Assembly: GCA_963675665.1 (NCBI GenBank)
Contig: OY776510.1
Coordinates: 1,376,001-1,440,000, forward strand
Direction of reading: 5' to 3'
Length of the DNA: 64,000 bases
Source: Spirochaetia bacterium
GTDB taxonomy: Bacteria; Spirochaetota; Spirochaetia; UBA9216
A program made the translations under genes and the position numbers. The notes below the pieces were generated by a model, which saw only the letters and a list, made by a program, of their open reading frames with translations, was not told where the DNA came from and searched no databases. Below are positions 1 to 10,007 of the stretch, one piece after another (positions within the stretch are counted from its first letter, which is position 1; each line of letters starts with the position of its first letter).

Positions 1-906
1 AAGGTAATGAAAATTGCCGGGGAATTAAACTATTTCCCGAACCGGAGCGGTCGTACTCTTATTACGGGAAAAGCCTCGACAATTATGCTCGTTGTAATAA
101 ATTCAACCGGATACGCTGATATAATACATGAAAGCACCTTTTTTTATCATATTATCCAGGGGATTCTCGAGATTGCGGAACAGCACCAGCATAGTTTTAT
201 GCTGGATGTGCGAAACTGGGAAGATGACGATCTGAATGCCTATTTTAAAAGAAAAGTAAACGACTGTTCTTCCGACGGGATAATAATAATTCCCCAGTAT
301 ATAAGACCGTACGGCTTTCTGGAGGCTTTGGGTAGTTTCCCGGTTGTGTTTCTCAACGCATACGATAATCGTGAAAAGCTGAATACTATTTATATGGATC
401 ATAAACTTGGCGCGTCATTGATGGCCGAACACATGATTAGCAAAGGTTATAAAAATATTGCAATAATCCATGGCCCAGTGGATCATTATGACGGGCTTCA
501 ACGCAAGCAGTCGTTTCTTGAGGTAATGGACAGCTCCGGTTTGAAAATACCGGACAACAGGCAGGTGTACGGCGATTACACCATCGAAAGCGGTTATCAG
601 GGGGCCAAACAGCTTCTGGACTGCTGTAAGCCTGATGCAATATTCTGTGCCAACGACTACATGGCCGCAGGTGCAATGAGGTATCTGAAAGAACAGGGTC
701 TGACTATACCCGGAGATGTGGCTATTGCGGGATATGACAATGTTGAACTTTCTTTGGCTGTCTATCCGAAAATGACTACTATTGACGGGCGCATGCATGA
801 TCTTGGAAAAGCACTGGCTGAAAATCTGTTCAACGTCATGAAATCCGGGCATTCTCCTCTGAATGTAAGATTGATTCCCAGGCTTCTGGATCGGGACAGC
901 GTTTAA
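1..906 (+). CDS. LacI-family transcriptional regulator (5' end outside window)
   Basis: Frame is open from base 1. It has the hinge region (ELNYFPNRSGRTL) and the sugar-binding domain (AIFCANDYMAAG, DVAIAGYDN). The HTH lies upstream of the window. Confidence 0.9.
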   Translation, partial: KVMKIAGELNYFPNRSGRTLITGKASTIMLVVINSTGYADIIHESTFFYHIIQGILEIAEQHQHSFMLDVRNWEDDDLNAYFKRKVNDCSSDGIIIIPQYIRPYGFLEALGSFPVVFLNAYDNREKLNTIYMDHKLGASLMAEHMISKGYKNIAIIHGPVDHYDGLQRKQSFLEVMDSSGLKIPDNRQVYGDYTIESGYQGAKQLLDCCKPDAIFCANDYMAAGAMRYLKEQGLTIPGDVAIAGYDNVELSLAVYPKMTTIDGRMHDLGKALAENLFNVMKSGHSPLNVRLIPRLLDRDSV

Positions 907-977
907 TCTTTCAAGGATTACAACCGCAGTTAAACGCTAACAAACACTAAAGAACAAGAATAAATGTTAACTTTCTC

Positions 978-1038
978 TTGACAGGCGTTATAGGTATGTT
1001 AAAATATTAAAACGTTTTAGATTAGTTAAAACGTTTCA
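978..1038 (+). promoter_or_regulatory. Sigma70 promoter with two tandem LacI-type operators
   Basis: TTGACA 978-983; extended -10 TGtTAAAAT 997-1005; perfect palindrome TAAAACGTTTTA 1008-1019; near-copy TAAAACGTTTCA 1027-1038. Confidence 0.75.
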
Positions 1039-1071
1039 GAAAATAATATAATCAAATTATGGAGGCTTATA

Positions 1072-1947
1072 ATGAAAGTAGGTATTGACAGCTATTGTTA
1101 CCATCGTCTTTTTGGAGAAGTATATGACGACCAGAAAGCGCCGTCTAAAAATATCAGTATGGAATGGTTCATAAAAAGAGCAGCAGAACTTGGCGTAGAC
1201 GGAGTATCCCTGGAATCCTGTTTTTTTCCAAGCTTCAGCTCCAGTTATCTGAGCGAAGTTAAGGGAATGCTGGATGAATATAAATTCGACAGGGTTTATG
1301 CCTGGGGACATCCTGACGGGCTTGAGGGCGGATATAATGAAGCTGCATTTGACGACATGATGAAGCATATGGAATATGCTGAAGCAATCGGCGCTGATGT
1401 TATGCGTGTTTGCGGAGCAAGTCTAATGTTCAGGTTCAGGGATCACGAATGGATGCTTGATACACTTACACGAATGTTCCAGAATGCCATGCCGACGGCA
1501 GAATCGAAAGGGCTTAAAATTGCCGATGAAAACCATATAGATTTCAGTTCATCAGAGATGCTGAGGCTTATACATCAGGTGAATAGTCCGAATTTCGGTA
1601 TTAATTTCGATACAGGAAACTTTATGCGGGTTCTTGATGATCCTATCGAAGGAATGAAAAAGCTTGCTCCTTACACATTTTCAACCCATGTTAAAGATCT
1701 CAAACCTCAGGCAAATTGCGGTGTAGGCAGCTGGCACTTTTTTGCATGCACGCCAACCGGCGAGGGGCTTGTTGATAACCTCAAACTTGCCCAGTTGTTA
1801 AAAGAAGCGGATTACCAGGGCTTCCTTGCCATGGAAATCGACTATCTTCATGAAGATTACCGGAACGACTGGAGCGATAGCGATGAAGACAACGCTGTTG
1901 AGGCAAGCGTCAAGGAATTGAAGAGAATCTCGGGTATTGTTGGTTAA
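1072..1947 (+). CDS. Sugar phosphate isomerase/epimerase (xylose isomerase-like TIM barrel)
   Basis: Metal ligands ENH, FDTGN, THVKD, MEID; SD GGAGG. Confidence 0.85.
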   Translation: MKVGIDSYCYHRLFGEVYDDQKAPSKNISMEWFIKRAAELGVDGVSLESCFFPSFSSSYLSEVKGMLDEYKFDRVYAWGHPDGLEGGYNEAAFDDMMKHMEYAEAIGADVMRVCGASLMFRFRDHEWMLDTLTRMFQNAMPTAESKGLKIADENHIDFSSSEMLRLIHQVNSPNFGINFDTGNFMRVLDDPIEGMKKLAPYTFSTHVKDLKPQANCGVGSWHFFACTPTGEGLVDNLKLAQLLKEADYQGFLAMEIDYLHEDYRNDWSDSDEDNAVEASVKELKRISGIVG

Positions 1948-2108
1948 CAATGATTCGACAATTTTGTCGAACCATTGTTTTGAAGTATCGAAGCTAAACA
2001 GCTTTGCTGTTTTCGCTTCAATACTTCATCACTGTTAATGTGGTAAGGACAGCCGTCCATGGCTGATATATAAGCCATCCATGGAAGGAAGTTTTTGTAG
2101 GAGGTAAA

Positions 2109-3266
2109 ATGAAAACATTAAATGTTGGTCTTATCGGATACAAGTTTATGGGTAAGGCCCATAGTAACGCATGGAGAAATGCCCCGCTTTTCTTTGATAT
2201 GAATATCAAGCCGGTTATGAAGGTAGTTTGCGGCCGTCATGAAGAAGCTGTAAAAGCTTTCGCAGATAAATGGGGCTGGGAAGAAATTGAAACTGACTGG
2301 CAGAAGGTTATCGGGCGTGACGATATTGACATTATAGATATATCCGTTCCGCAACATTTGCATCATACTATTGCAATGGCTGCGCTGAAGGCTGGAAAGC
2401 ATGTTTTTTGTGAGAAGCCGCTTGCATTGAATCTTGATCAGGCAAAGGAAATGGCAACGCTGGCAGCAAAGAGCGGCAAGGTAAATTATATCAATCATAA
2501 CTACCGCAGATGTCCTGCAGTCCAGCTGGCGAAACAGATGATTGATGAAGGTAAAATTGGACAGATTTTTCACTGGCGGGGAGCCTATCTTCAGGACTGG
2601 ATTGTTGATCCCGATTTTCCTTTAACCTGGCATTTACAGGCTGATAAAGCCGGTATGGGTCCGCAGGGAGATTTGAATTCGCACAGTCTTGATCTGGCAA
2701 GGTTTTTAGTGGGTGATGTAGCAAGCGTCAACTGCATGACTGCAAACTTTATTACGGAACGTGTGCTCCCCGATGAAGCAGCTTCCGGAACCTTCAGCGG
2801 TACTGCCGGCGATACAACAGAGAAGGGCAAGGTAACCGTTGAAGACGCCGCATTTATGACTGTTCGTTTTGAAAACGGCGCTCTCGGTTCATTTGAAACA
2901 ACCCGTTTTGCACCCGGACGAAAGAATTATAACTATTTTGAAATCTACGGTTCAAAGGGTTCGCTTGTTTTTAATCTTGAGAGAATGAACGAGCTCCAGT
3001 ATTTCAACCGTGAAGATCCCGACTATCAGCAGGGTTTCAAGACAATTCTTGCTACAGAGGGAGTACATAAATATATCCCGGCGTGGTGGCCTCCCGGACA
3101 TGTGATTGGCTATGAGCATGAGTTTCATCATGCGGTTGTGGATTTCATGGATGCAATCGACAGGGGTATTGAAATAAGGCCCAACTTTCAGGACGGCATG
3201 AAGGAAATTGAGATCCTTGAAGCAGGGCTCAGGTCTGCCGCAGAAGGAAGAGAGATTAAACTTTAA
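2109..3266 (+). CDS. Gfo/Idh/MocA oxidoreductase, levoglucosan/glycoside 3-dehydrogenase-like clade
   Basis: GLIGYKFMGKAHS, CEKP, NYRRCPAV, YLQDW, GDLNSH, WWPPGHVIGYEH. Confidence 0.85.
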   Translation: MKTLNVGLIGYKFMGKAHSNAWRNAPLFFDMNIKPVMKVVCGRHEEAVKAFADKWGWEEIETDWQKVIGRDDIDIIDISVPQHLHHTIAMAALKAGKHVFCEKPLALNLDQAKEMATLAAKSGKVNYINHNYRRCPAVQLAKQMIDEGKIGQIFHWRGAYLQDWIVDPDFPLTWHLQADKAGMGPQGDLNSHSLDLARFLVGDVASVNCMTANFITERVLPDEAASGTFSGTAGDTTEKGKVTVEDAAFMTVRFENGALGSFETTRFAPGRKNYNYFEIYGSKGSLVFNLERMNELQYFNREDPDYQQGFKTILATEGVHKYIPAWWPPGHVIGYEHEFHHAVVDFMDAIDRGIEIRPNFQDGMKEIEILEAGLRSAAEGREIKL

Positions 3267-3267
3267 T

Positions 3268-3705
3268 ATGAAGATTCTGCATACAGGTATTACAGTTAAG
3301 GACATAGACAAGGCTGTCCTGTTCTATAGAGACGTTATAGGACTCAAAGTAACTGTACCGCCGACAGAGCCGGCTGATGGTGAAGACTTGTCGAAAGGAG
3401 TAGGGGTGCCGCAGGCATGTCTGCGACAGGCAATTCTTGAGTCCGGAGATGTCAGCATCGAACTTTTCGAGTATATCAGTCCGCCGGCTGAGGTTGAAAA
3501 ACCCCAGTCGGTACACAATCCCGGACCTGGCCATATTGCTTTTGAAGTAGAGGATATTCAGAAGGAATATGAGAGGATGGTGGATTTGGGCGTTCGTTTT
3601 AATACGGCTCCGAATCTGATTGAATCAGGACCTCTTTCCGGATGGAAATGGGTATATTTCAGGGATCCCGACGGTATTGTACTCGAATTGGTTGAGAAGG
3701 GGTAA
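3268..3705 (+). CDS. VOC/glyoxalase family protein (methylmalonyl-CoA epimerase-like)
   Basis: HTGITVKD, IELFEY, HIAFEV, YFRDPDGIVLELVE. ATG at 3268 follows the upstream stop. Confidence 0.85.
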   Translation: MKILHTGITVKDIDKAVLFYRDVIGLKVTVPPTEPADGEDLSKGVGVPQACLRQAILESGDVSIELFEYISPPAEVEKPQSVHNPGPGHIAFEVEDIQKEYERMVDLGVRFNTAPNLIESGPLSGWKWVYFRDPDGIVLELVEKG

Positions 3706-3909
3706 CCGGCTGTTGTTGTGTTTTTACACACACAGAGTGCCTGTTTGTGAAAATATTATACATCTTTAGTTTTTCTGCGACAGGCGGTTTCCGTATTCAG
3801 GAAGGAATTGTTTTTTAAGTTGTTGCAGCATAGTAAATTATTTATGGCAGCTTATAGATGGCATGAATAATGCTTTTTTTAAAGCAATTGAGAAGGTAGG
3901 GAAGGTTTT

Positions 3910-5394
3910 ATGTCGAAACTGCTTGAAATGCAGGGAATAAGTAAAAGTTTCTTTGGAGTAGAGGTTCTGCACAGGGTAGATTTCAGCGTAGAAAAAGGCG
4001 AAATCCGGGCGTTGTGCGGCGAAAACGGGGCCGGCAAGTCCACGCTGATGAAGGTATTGTCGGGAATCCACGAACAGGAAGAAGGCGAGGTTTATTTCAA
4101 GGGTGAGCATATAAAGCGAACGGCCGATCCGCTTGAGGTGCAGGGGCACGGAATCTCGATGATCCACCAGGAACTGAACCTGTTTGATGATCTGAGCGTA
4201 GCGCAGAATATCTTTCTGTGCCGTGAACCGAAGACAAAGAGAGGTCTGATAGATTTCGGCGAGATGAACCGCGAGGCAAAAAAGCTTCTGGAGCGGCTGG
4301 GTCAGAATATAGACCCGCGGATGAATGTCCGCGAGCTGAAGATAGCGCAGAAGCAGATGGTTGAAATAGCGAAGGCAATCTCGTTCAACGTAGAGCTGTT
4401 GATAATGGACGAACCCACATCGGTGCTCACGGGAAAAGAAACCGGGATAATGTTCGGGCTGATGAGAAACCTGAGCGCGGAAGGGATAGCAATCATATAC
4501 ATCTCGCACAGGCTGAAGGAAATAACCGAGGTATGCCACACGGTAACGGTGCTTCGCGACGGCTCGTACATAGACACGAAGCAGGTTGCTGAAGTAACCG
4601 AGAAAGACATAGCGACGCTGATGGTAGGGCGCGAGGTCAAGGAATCGAGTGTAGGGGACTTCTGCGGAGAGGAAGAAGACCTTGTACTTGAGGTAAAGAA
4701 CGTAAGCGACGGGCTGTTGAAGGACGTAAGCTTTGACGTGAAACGCGGCGAGATAGTGTGTTTCAGCGGGTTAGTCGGAGCGGGACGCACCGAGCTTATG
4801 GAGGTAATCTTCGGCATACGACACCCGGAATCGGGTGAGGTGCTGCTTGAAGGAAAACCTGTAACGGTAAGAAGCGCGATAGATGCGATCAGGATGGACA
4901 TAGGACTGGTGACCGAGGACCGTAAGGATTCGGGACTGGTGCTGTGCCGTGATATAACCGAGAACTCGAACTATGTGTTCTGGCGCAAGAACAGCGGTTT
5001 CTTCAAAAACAGGGGAAAGACCCGGAAGAACACGGACAGAATGATAGAACGCCTCCGGATAAGATGCGCCGGCTCGGACCAGGCAGTGGCGAACCTGAGC
5101 GGCGGGAACCAGCAGAAGGTTGCGCTTGCGAAGTGGCTGTTAAGCGACGCGAAGGTGCTGATACTTGACGAGCCTACGCGTGGAGTAGACGTCGGAGCAA
5201 GGCAGGAGATCTATCAGATCATCCGGGAGCTTGCCGACGACGGGATAGCGATAGTGATAGTGTCGTCGGACATGCAGGAAGTAATGAGCATCAGCCAGCG
5301 GGTGGTAGTAATGCATGAAGGACGGAAGACCGGGGAGCTTAAGTGTTCCGAGCTTGAAGAAGAAAAAATAATGTACCTGGCAACAAACGTATAG
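3910..5394 (+). CDS. Sugar ABC transporter ATP-binding protein (RbsA/MglA type, two domains)
   Basis: GENGAGKST, MDEPT, LSGGNQQK, LDEPTRGVDVG. Confidence 0.95.
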   Translation: MSKLLEMQGISKSFFGVEVLHRVDFSVEKGEIRALCGENGAGKSTLMKVLSGIHEQEEGEVYFKGEHIKRTADPLEVQGHGISMIHQELNLFDDLSVAQNIFLCREPKTKRGLIDFGEMNREAKKLLERLGQNIDPRMNVRELKIAQKQMVEIAKAISFNVELLIMDEPTSVLTGKETGIMFGLMRNLSAEGIAIIYISHRLKEITEVCHTVTVLRDGSYIDTKQVAEVTEKDIATLMVGREVKESSVGDFCGEEEDLVLEVKNVSDGLLKDVSFDVKRGEIVCFSGLVGAGRTELMEVIFGIRHPESGEVLLEGKPVTVRSAIDAIRMDIGLVTEDRKDSGLVLCRDITENSNYVFWRKNSGFFKNRGKTRKNTDRMIERLRIRCAGSDQAVANLSGGNQQKVALAKWLLSDAKVLILDEPTRGVDVGARQEIYQIIRELADDGIAIVIVSSDMQEVMSISQRVVVMHEGRKTGELKCSELEEEKIMYLATNV

Positions 5395-5406
5395 CGGAGA
5401 GAGATA

Positions 5407-6390
5407 ATGGAAGAGTTGAAACAGGAAAACAGGTTTATTCAGCTGGCGTCGAGGGTATGGAAGAACTACAGCATAGTGGTAGTGTTTGTGGTAATCCTGA
5501 TAATCTGCGGGATAGCAGCGCCGCGGTTTCTGAGGCCGAACAACCTTTTAAACATCCTGAGAAATACCTCGATAGTAGGAATCATAGCGTTGGGAATGAC
5601 GTTTGTGATCATAGCCGGCGGAATTGATTTATCGAGCGGGCCTGTGCTTGCGACATCGGGAGCGGCGTTGATAGCGCTGCAGAAGATGGTGACCGAGAGC
5701 GGGGACCCCGCGATGCCGTTGATAGTACCGATACTGGTGTGTCTTGCAATATCTACGGGAATAGGTTTTGCGAACGGAATAATCATAACGAAGGCGAAAC
5801 TGCCTCCGTTTATAGTAACGCTGGCAGTGGGGATAATAGCGCGGTCGGTGGTAATGTACTTCTGCCGCGGAGCGACAATCATGGGGAACAAGATTCCCGA
5901 GTTCACGAATATTGGAAACGGGTCGGTATTCAAGATCCCGATACCGTTCATAATGGCGATAGTGCTGGCCTTGATACTGCATATAGCGCTGACGCGGTCG
6001 AAGTTCGGCACCTATGTGTTTGCCGTGGGCGGAAACGAGAACGCGGCGAAGTATTCGGGAATCAAGGTAGACCGGATAAAGATAGCGACGTACATGATAG
6101 TAGGGCTTTGTACGGGCCTTGCGGCGGTCATAGAGATGTCGCGTATGGCGGCTGTGGCGGCGACGTCGAGCGGAATGCAGTACGAGTTTGAGGCGATAAC
6201 GGCGGTAATAGTAGGCGGAACCTCGCTTAACGGTGGAAAGGGGCGTCTAATAGGAACGATAGTAGGATTTATCATCCTGGGAATAGTCAAGAACATGATG
6301 ATAATGCTGAACATCTCGCCGTACCTTGCCGGAGCTGTAAAGGGCGCGGTAATCCTGTTCGCGGTACTGATTCAACGTCGGGAAAAGTAA
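5407..6390 (+). CDS. Sugar ABC transporter permease (RbsC type)
   Basis: GGIDLS, AVGGNENAAKYSGI, AVIVGGTSLNGGKG; hydrophobic. Confidence 0.95.
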   Translation: MEELKQENRFIQLASRVWKNYSIVVVFVVILIICGIAAPRFLRPNNLLNILRNTSIVGIIALGMTFVIIAGGIDLSSGPVLATSGAALIALQKMVTESGDPAMPLIVPILVCLAISTGIGFANGIIITKAKLPPFIVTLAVGIIARSVVMYFCRGATIMGNKIPEFTNIGNGSVFKIPIPFIMAIVLALILHIALTRSKFGTYVFAVGGNENAAKYSGIKVDRIKIATYMIVGLCTGLAAVIEMSRMAAVAATSSGMQYEFEAITAVIVGGTSLNGGKGRLIGTIVGFIILGIVKNMMIMLNISPYLAGAVKGAVILFAVLIQRREK

Positions 6391-6625
6391 ACGGCAAAAC
6401 CGTTTACTTTTCTGAAGTTTCCAGGCTGCGCCTGAAAACATTCAGGAGAAATAATAAAAAAGCAAAGCTTTTTTATTTTGGAGTTGCTCTGCAGGCAGAG
6501 CAACGTCCACGAACGGCAATTCGAAATTGGTTGTTGAATCGTGGTTTTAAAAAGGTAGAATGCCGGTGCGGAGGTAGTCCGGTCCGGCAGAAAATAAAAA
6601 AGACCAGATTAAACGGAGGAAAAAA

Positions 6626-7582
6626 ATGAAAAGAACTGTAGTGTTAATTCTTACAGTGCTGATGCTTGCATCAGGAATGGTGTTTGCAGGTGGACAGCAG
6701 GAAGCAGCGGCAGGCAGCGATGTATTTCGCGTAGCCGTATCGTTTCCGCCGGCAAACAACGCATGGCAGGCAAAGATGCTTGATTCAGCATTGGACGAAG
6801 CAGCAAAAGACGTAGGCGAATTTCATTTCGTAATCAAGAACGCAGTAGACGATGCCGACCAGCTGAACATTCTGACTACATTCATGCAGGACGATTACGA
6901 CATGATAATCTGTCTGCCCGGAAACGGCACCCTGATGACCCCGATCTGTGAAGAGATCTATGACGCCGGAATACAGCTGATGATAGTAGACCGCCCGATC
7001 GAAAGCGACAAGTATACAGTACTTATCGGCGGCGACAACTACCTCTGCGGCTCAAATGCGGCGAAATATCTCGGCGACAGGCTTGGAGGCAAGGGCGACA
7101 TAGCGATACTGAGAAGTTATGTGGGAATACCTATCGACCTCGACAGATACAACGGTTTCATGGACGTAATCAAGAAAGACTATCCCGGAATCAAGGTAAT
7201 AGTAGAAGCTGACGGCGAGTTCAACCAGGATGCGGGCCTGAATGCGATGAGCAACATACTTCCTGCATACCCGAAAATTGATGCAGTATACTGCCAGGAC
7301 GACGAATCTGCAGTAGGAGCAATCACAGCTATAGAGAATGCCGGCAGAACTGATATCCAGTTTGTAACGGGATTCGGCGGTTCAAAGGCTGCATACAAGC
7401 TTCTTCAGGAAGGCAATCCGATTTTCGGCGCATCAATGTCATACTGGCCTACAATGGGCGGAAGAGCGCTTGCGCTGGCAAAATCAATACTTCGCGGCGA
7501 ATCGTATGAAAAGGTCAACTATGATCCTACATATGCCGTAACAAAAGACAATGTAGGAAAATTCCTGCAGCACTCATACTAG
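6626..7582 (+). CDS. Sugar ABC substrate-binding protein (RbsB type), copy 1
   Basis: Signal peptide ending FAGGQQE; VDRP, GDNY, IDAVYCQDDESAVGA. Confidence 0.9.
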   Translation: MKRTVVLILTVLMLASGMVFAGGQQEAAAGSDVFRVAVSFPPANNAWQAKMLDSALDEAAKDVGEFHFVIKNAVDDADQLNILTTFMQDDYDMIICLPGNGTLMTPICEEIYDAGIQLMIVDRPIESDKYTVLIGGDNYLCGSNAAKYLGDRLGGKGDIAILRSYVGIPIDLDRYNGFMDVIKKDYPGIKVIVEADGEFNQDAGLNAMSNILPAYPKIDAVYCQDDESAVGAITAIENAGRTDIQFVTGFGGSKAAYKLLQEGNPIFGASMSYWPTMGGRALALAKSILRGESYEKVNYDPTYAVTKDNVGKFLQHSY

Positions 7583-7602
7583 GATTTCCTGGATAAACAT
7601 CG

Positions 7603-7635
7603 ACAGCCGCTTATTGATAAGCGGCTGTTTTTTTT
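7603..7635 (+). terminator. Rho-independent terminator
   Basis: ACAGCCGCTTAT-TG-ATAAGCGGCTGT followed by a T run. Confidence 0.85.
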
Positions 7636-7694
7636 GGGAAAGGACTGCCGTCAGTTACGCAGTATTGAATCAGCGCTTATAATAATGCCCGGAT

Positions 7695-7725
7695 AAAAAA
7701 AGACTGCCCGCATTCACACGGGCAG
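7695..7725 (-). terminator. Rho-independent terminator for the Zn-dehydrogenase operon
   Basis: CTGCCCG/CGGGCAG stem preceded on + by an A run. Confidence 0.65.
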
Positions 7726-7748
7726 CCGGAAATGTAACAAGGAAAGAA

Positions 7749-8810
7749 TTAAAGATCCTGTTCTTTGGTTCCCTCAACCGGTGAAATGAAGATCTTGATA
7801 AGGTCACGGTCTTTCTGAAGCATCAGTAAAGCTTCCTCAAGTTTCTCAAGAGGCATTATTTTTGAGAATAACGGATCCGGTTTGATTCTGCCGTTGGATA
7901 GAAGTGTAATAGAATCGGTCCAGTCTTCGCCGTAACCCGCGCAGGAGCTTACTATTTTCTGTTCGCTGAGGACAAAATCAGCTGTTTTCAGGGGTAATAC
8001 ATCATCCGGAGCAGTTATTCCGAATGCAGCAAGCGTTCCTCCGGGACGGAGCATCTCTATTGCCTGGACGTATGTGGCGGGTTTGCCGACGGCTTCAATA
8101 ACACAGTCTGCCCCGCGGCCGCCTGTCAGTTCCTTTACTCTTGCTGCCGGGTCAGGATAATCCTCCAGGCAGATAGTGATGTCAGCGCCCATTTCTTTTG
8201 CAATCTTCAGACGCCGCCTGTTGTGCCCGATAACCATTACCGGGGCTGCTCCGCGTGTTTTCGCAACAGCTGCATGAAGACTTCCAAGGCCGGAGCCCAG
8301 AATGGCCACGCTGCTGCCTACAGGGAAGTCCATAGCCTTTAGAGAGTGAACAACACATGATGTCGGTTCGATAAAAGCTGCATGAACAAGATCCATATTA
8401 TCCGGGATATGATGGCATAGATTCCATGATGCGGCTACATATTCTGCAAAAGTACCGTCCATATGGATGCCGAGCTGGCGGAACTCCGGACAAATTAATG
8501 TCAGACCCTTTTTGCAGTAGAAACAGTGACCGCAGCCGATATTTATATCAGCCGTTACCTTGTCTCCGATATTAAACCCTATAGCATTGGCCCCTGTTTC
8601 CGCCACGGTACCGGAGAATTCGTGACCGGCTATCATAGGCAATTTGTCGGCAGAATATTTTCCTGTATATATGCTCCAGTCCGTTCCGCATATGCCTGTA
8701 TATTCAACTTTTATCAAAATCTGATCATCGGTAATCTGCGGAATTGGAACTTCCCTGATACTGATTTTTCTTACAGCCTCAAATACTGCGGCCCGCATGG
8801 TTCCTTTCAT
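7749..8810 (-). CDS. Zinc-dependent polyol/sugar dehydrogenase (MDR family)
   Basis: GICGTD, GHE, structural Zn motif CGHCFYC..C, GSGLG. Confidence 0.9.
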   Translation of the reverse strand: MKGTMRAAVFEAVRKISIREVPIPQITDDQILIKVEYTGICGTDWSIYTGKYSADKLPMIAGHEFSGTVAETGANAIGFNIGDKVTADINIGCGHCFYCKKGLTLICPEFRQLGIHMDGTFAEYVAASWNLCHHIPDNMDLVHAAFIEPTSCVVHSLKAMDFPVGSSVAILGSGLGSLHAAVAKTRGAAPVMVIGHNRRRLKIAKEMGADITICLEDYPDPAARVKELTGGRGADCVIEAVGKPATYVQAIEMLRPGGTLAAFGITAPDDVLPLKTADFVLSEQKIVSSCAGYGEDWTDSITLLSNGRIKPDPLFSKIMPLEKLEEALLMLQKDRDLIKIFISPVEGTKEQDL

Positions 8811-8831
8811 GTTATTTCCTCCATAGTGCCG

Positions 8832-9794
8832 TTAATTAAACAGCGCGTCGTTTCTGCCTTCATAAGGTTTGTTGATAATCAAAGGTTTAAGATAGGCAAT
8901 TGTTTTTGCAATGCCGTCTTCCCTGCTCATTGTAACATCTTCATGTTCGTAACTCATTACATAATCGTATCCTATCATGGATAATTCGGTAATAACCTTT
9001 TTCCATGGAACAGACCCCCAACCGGGAATCCGGAACCTGAATCCGCGGCCCAGTCGCTGCCAGTCCCCCTGGGGGATAACACCGGAGTTTTTAACATTGT
9101 GACTTACTACTTCGCCGTCTTTTGCATGTACGTGGTAAATCCGTCCTGCAAGTCTATTGATAAAGTTTTCTACATCAATTCCTAGATAAATCAGGTTTGC
9201 AGGATCAAAATTGAAACCCCAGGCAGGATGCCCGTCAACAAGTTCGACTGATCTGAGTGCTGTGTCGATATCGTAAACCAGCTGGTTCGGGTGTGGTTCA
9301 TGAGCGAATTTTACTCCGTATTCCTGGTATTTATCCAGAATCCGGCCCCACCGATCAGTAAACTCCTGCTCCATTTCCGCCCATCCCTTTGAATATGGAA
9401 ACGGGAAAAAACGTCCGAAGTTTTCGCATCCTATAAAACCGCAGACAACAGGCACTTCAAGAGCGTTTGCAGCTTCTGCAGTTTTTATTATGCGTTCGGT
9501 TCCGAACGCTATTCTTTCTTCTTTTGTTCCGGGACAAATCCATTCAGTGTCGCGTCCGTAAGGGCCGAGAACCAGCAGGGATTCAGTGTGGTTGCTTAGT
9601 GCCGAGATGGTAAGTCCGTATTTTAATACTGTTTTTTTGATGCTGTTTACGTTGAGATTGTCCGAATCCAGATGTGTATTTCCTTCTTTAAACGCAGGGA
9701 TTTCAACTGCTTCATATCCGTAATCCGCAGCTTTTTTGCAGACGTTTTCAAATGAATCATCCAAATAAGTGGCTGTGAACAAGCCTATCTTCAT
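8832..9794 (-). CDS. Sugar phosphate isomerase/epimerase TIM barrel (IolE/YcjR-like)
   Basis: HEPHP, FNFDPAN, HVHAKD, FRIPGWG, SYEHED. Confidence 0.85.
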   Translation of the reverse strand: MKIGLFTATYLDDSFENVCKKAADYGYEAVEIPAFKEGNTHLDSDNLNVNSIKKTVLKYGLTISALSNHTESLLVLGPYGRDTEWICPGTKEERIAFGTERIIKTAEAANALEVPVVCGFIGCENFGRFFPFPYSKGWAEMEQEFTDRWGRILDKYQEYGVKFAHEPHPNQLVYDIDTALRSVELVDGHPAWGFNFDPANLIYLGIDVENFINRLAGRIYHVHAKDGEVVSHNVKNSGVIPQGDWQRLGRGFRFRIPGWGSVPWKKVITELSMIGYDYVMSYEHEDVTMSREDGIAKTIAYLKPLIINKPYEGRNDALFN

Positions 9795-9825
9795 AGTCGC
9801 GCTCCTCTTTTACTGGTTTGTTAAA

Positions 9826-9985
9826 ATGATATAACAACAATAGTTTCGTGTCAATGAAAAATGATACAAATATAGAGACAATTCGAGTTAAATCGGGCTA
9901 AATATATCTAAAAATCATAATTTGTATTAAATAAAAGAAATAAATATTGACATAATTAGATTGTGGGGGGTAATATGTAGGTACA
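9826..9985. promoter_or_regulatory. Divergent sigma70 promoters with a candidate HutC/GntR operator
   Basis: Minus strand: TTGACA(9849-9854)-17-TATCAT(9826-9831). Plus strand: TTGACA(9947-9952)-18-TAATAT(9971-9976). TGTAGGTACA at 9976-9985 resembles HutC-subfamily boxes, and a UTRA-GntR lies at 14796. Confidence 0.55.
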
Positions 9986-10007
9986 AATAAAGCAAAGGGT
10001 TGGAATA

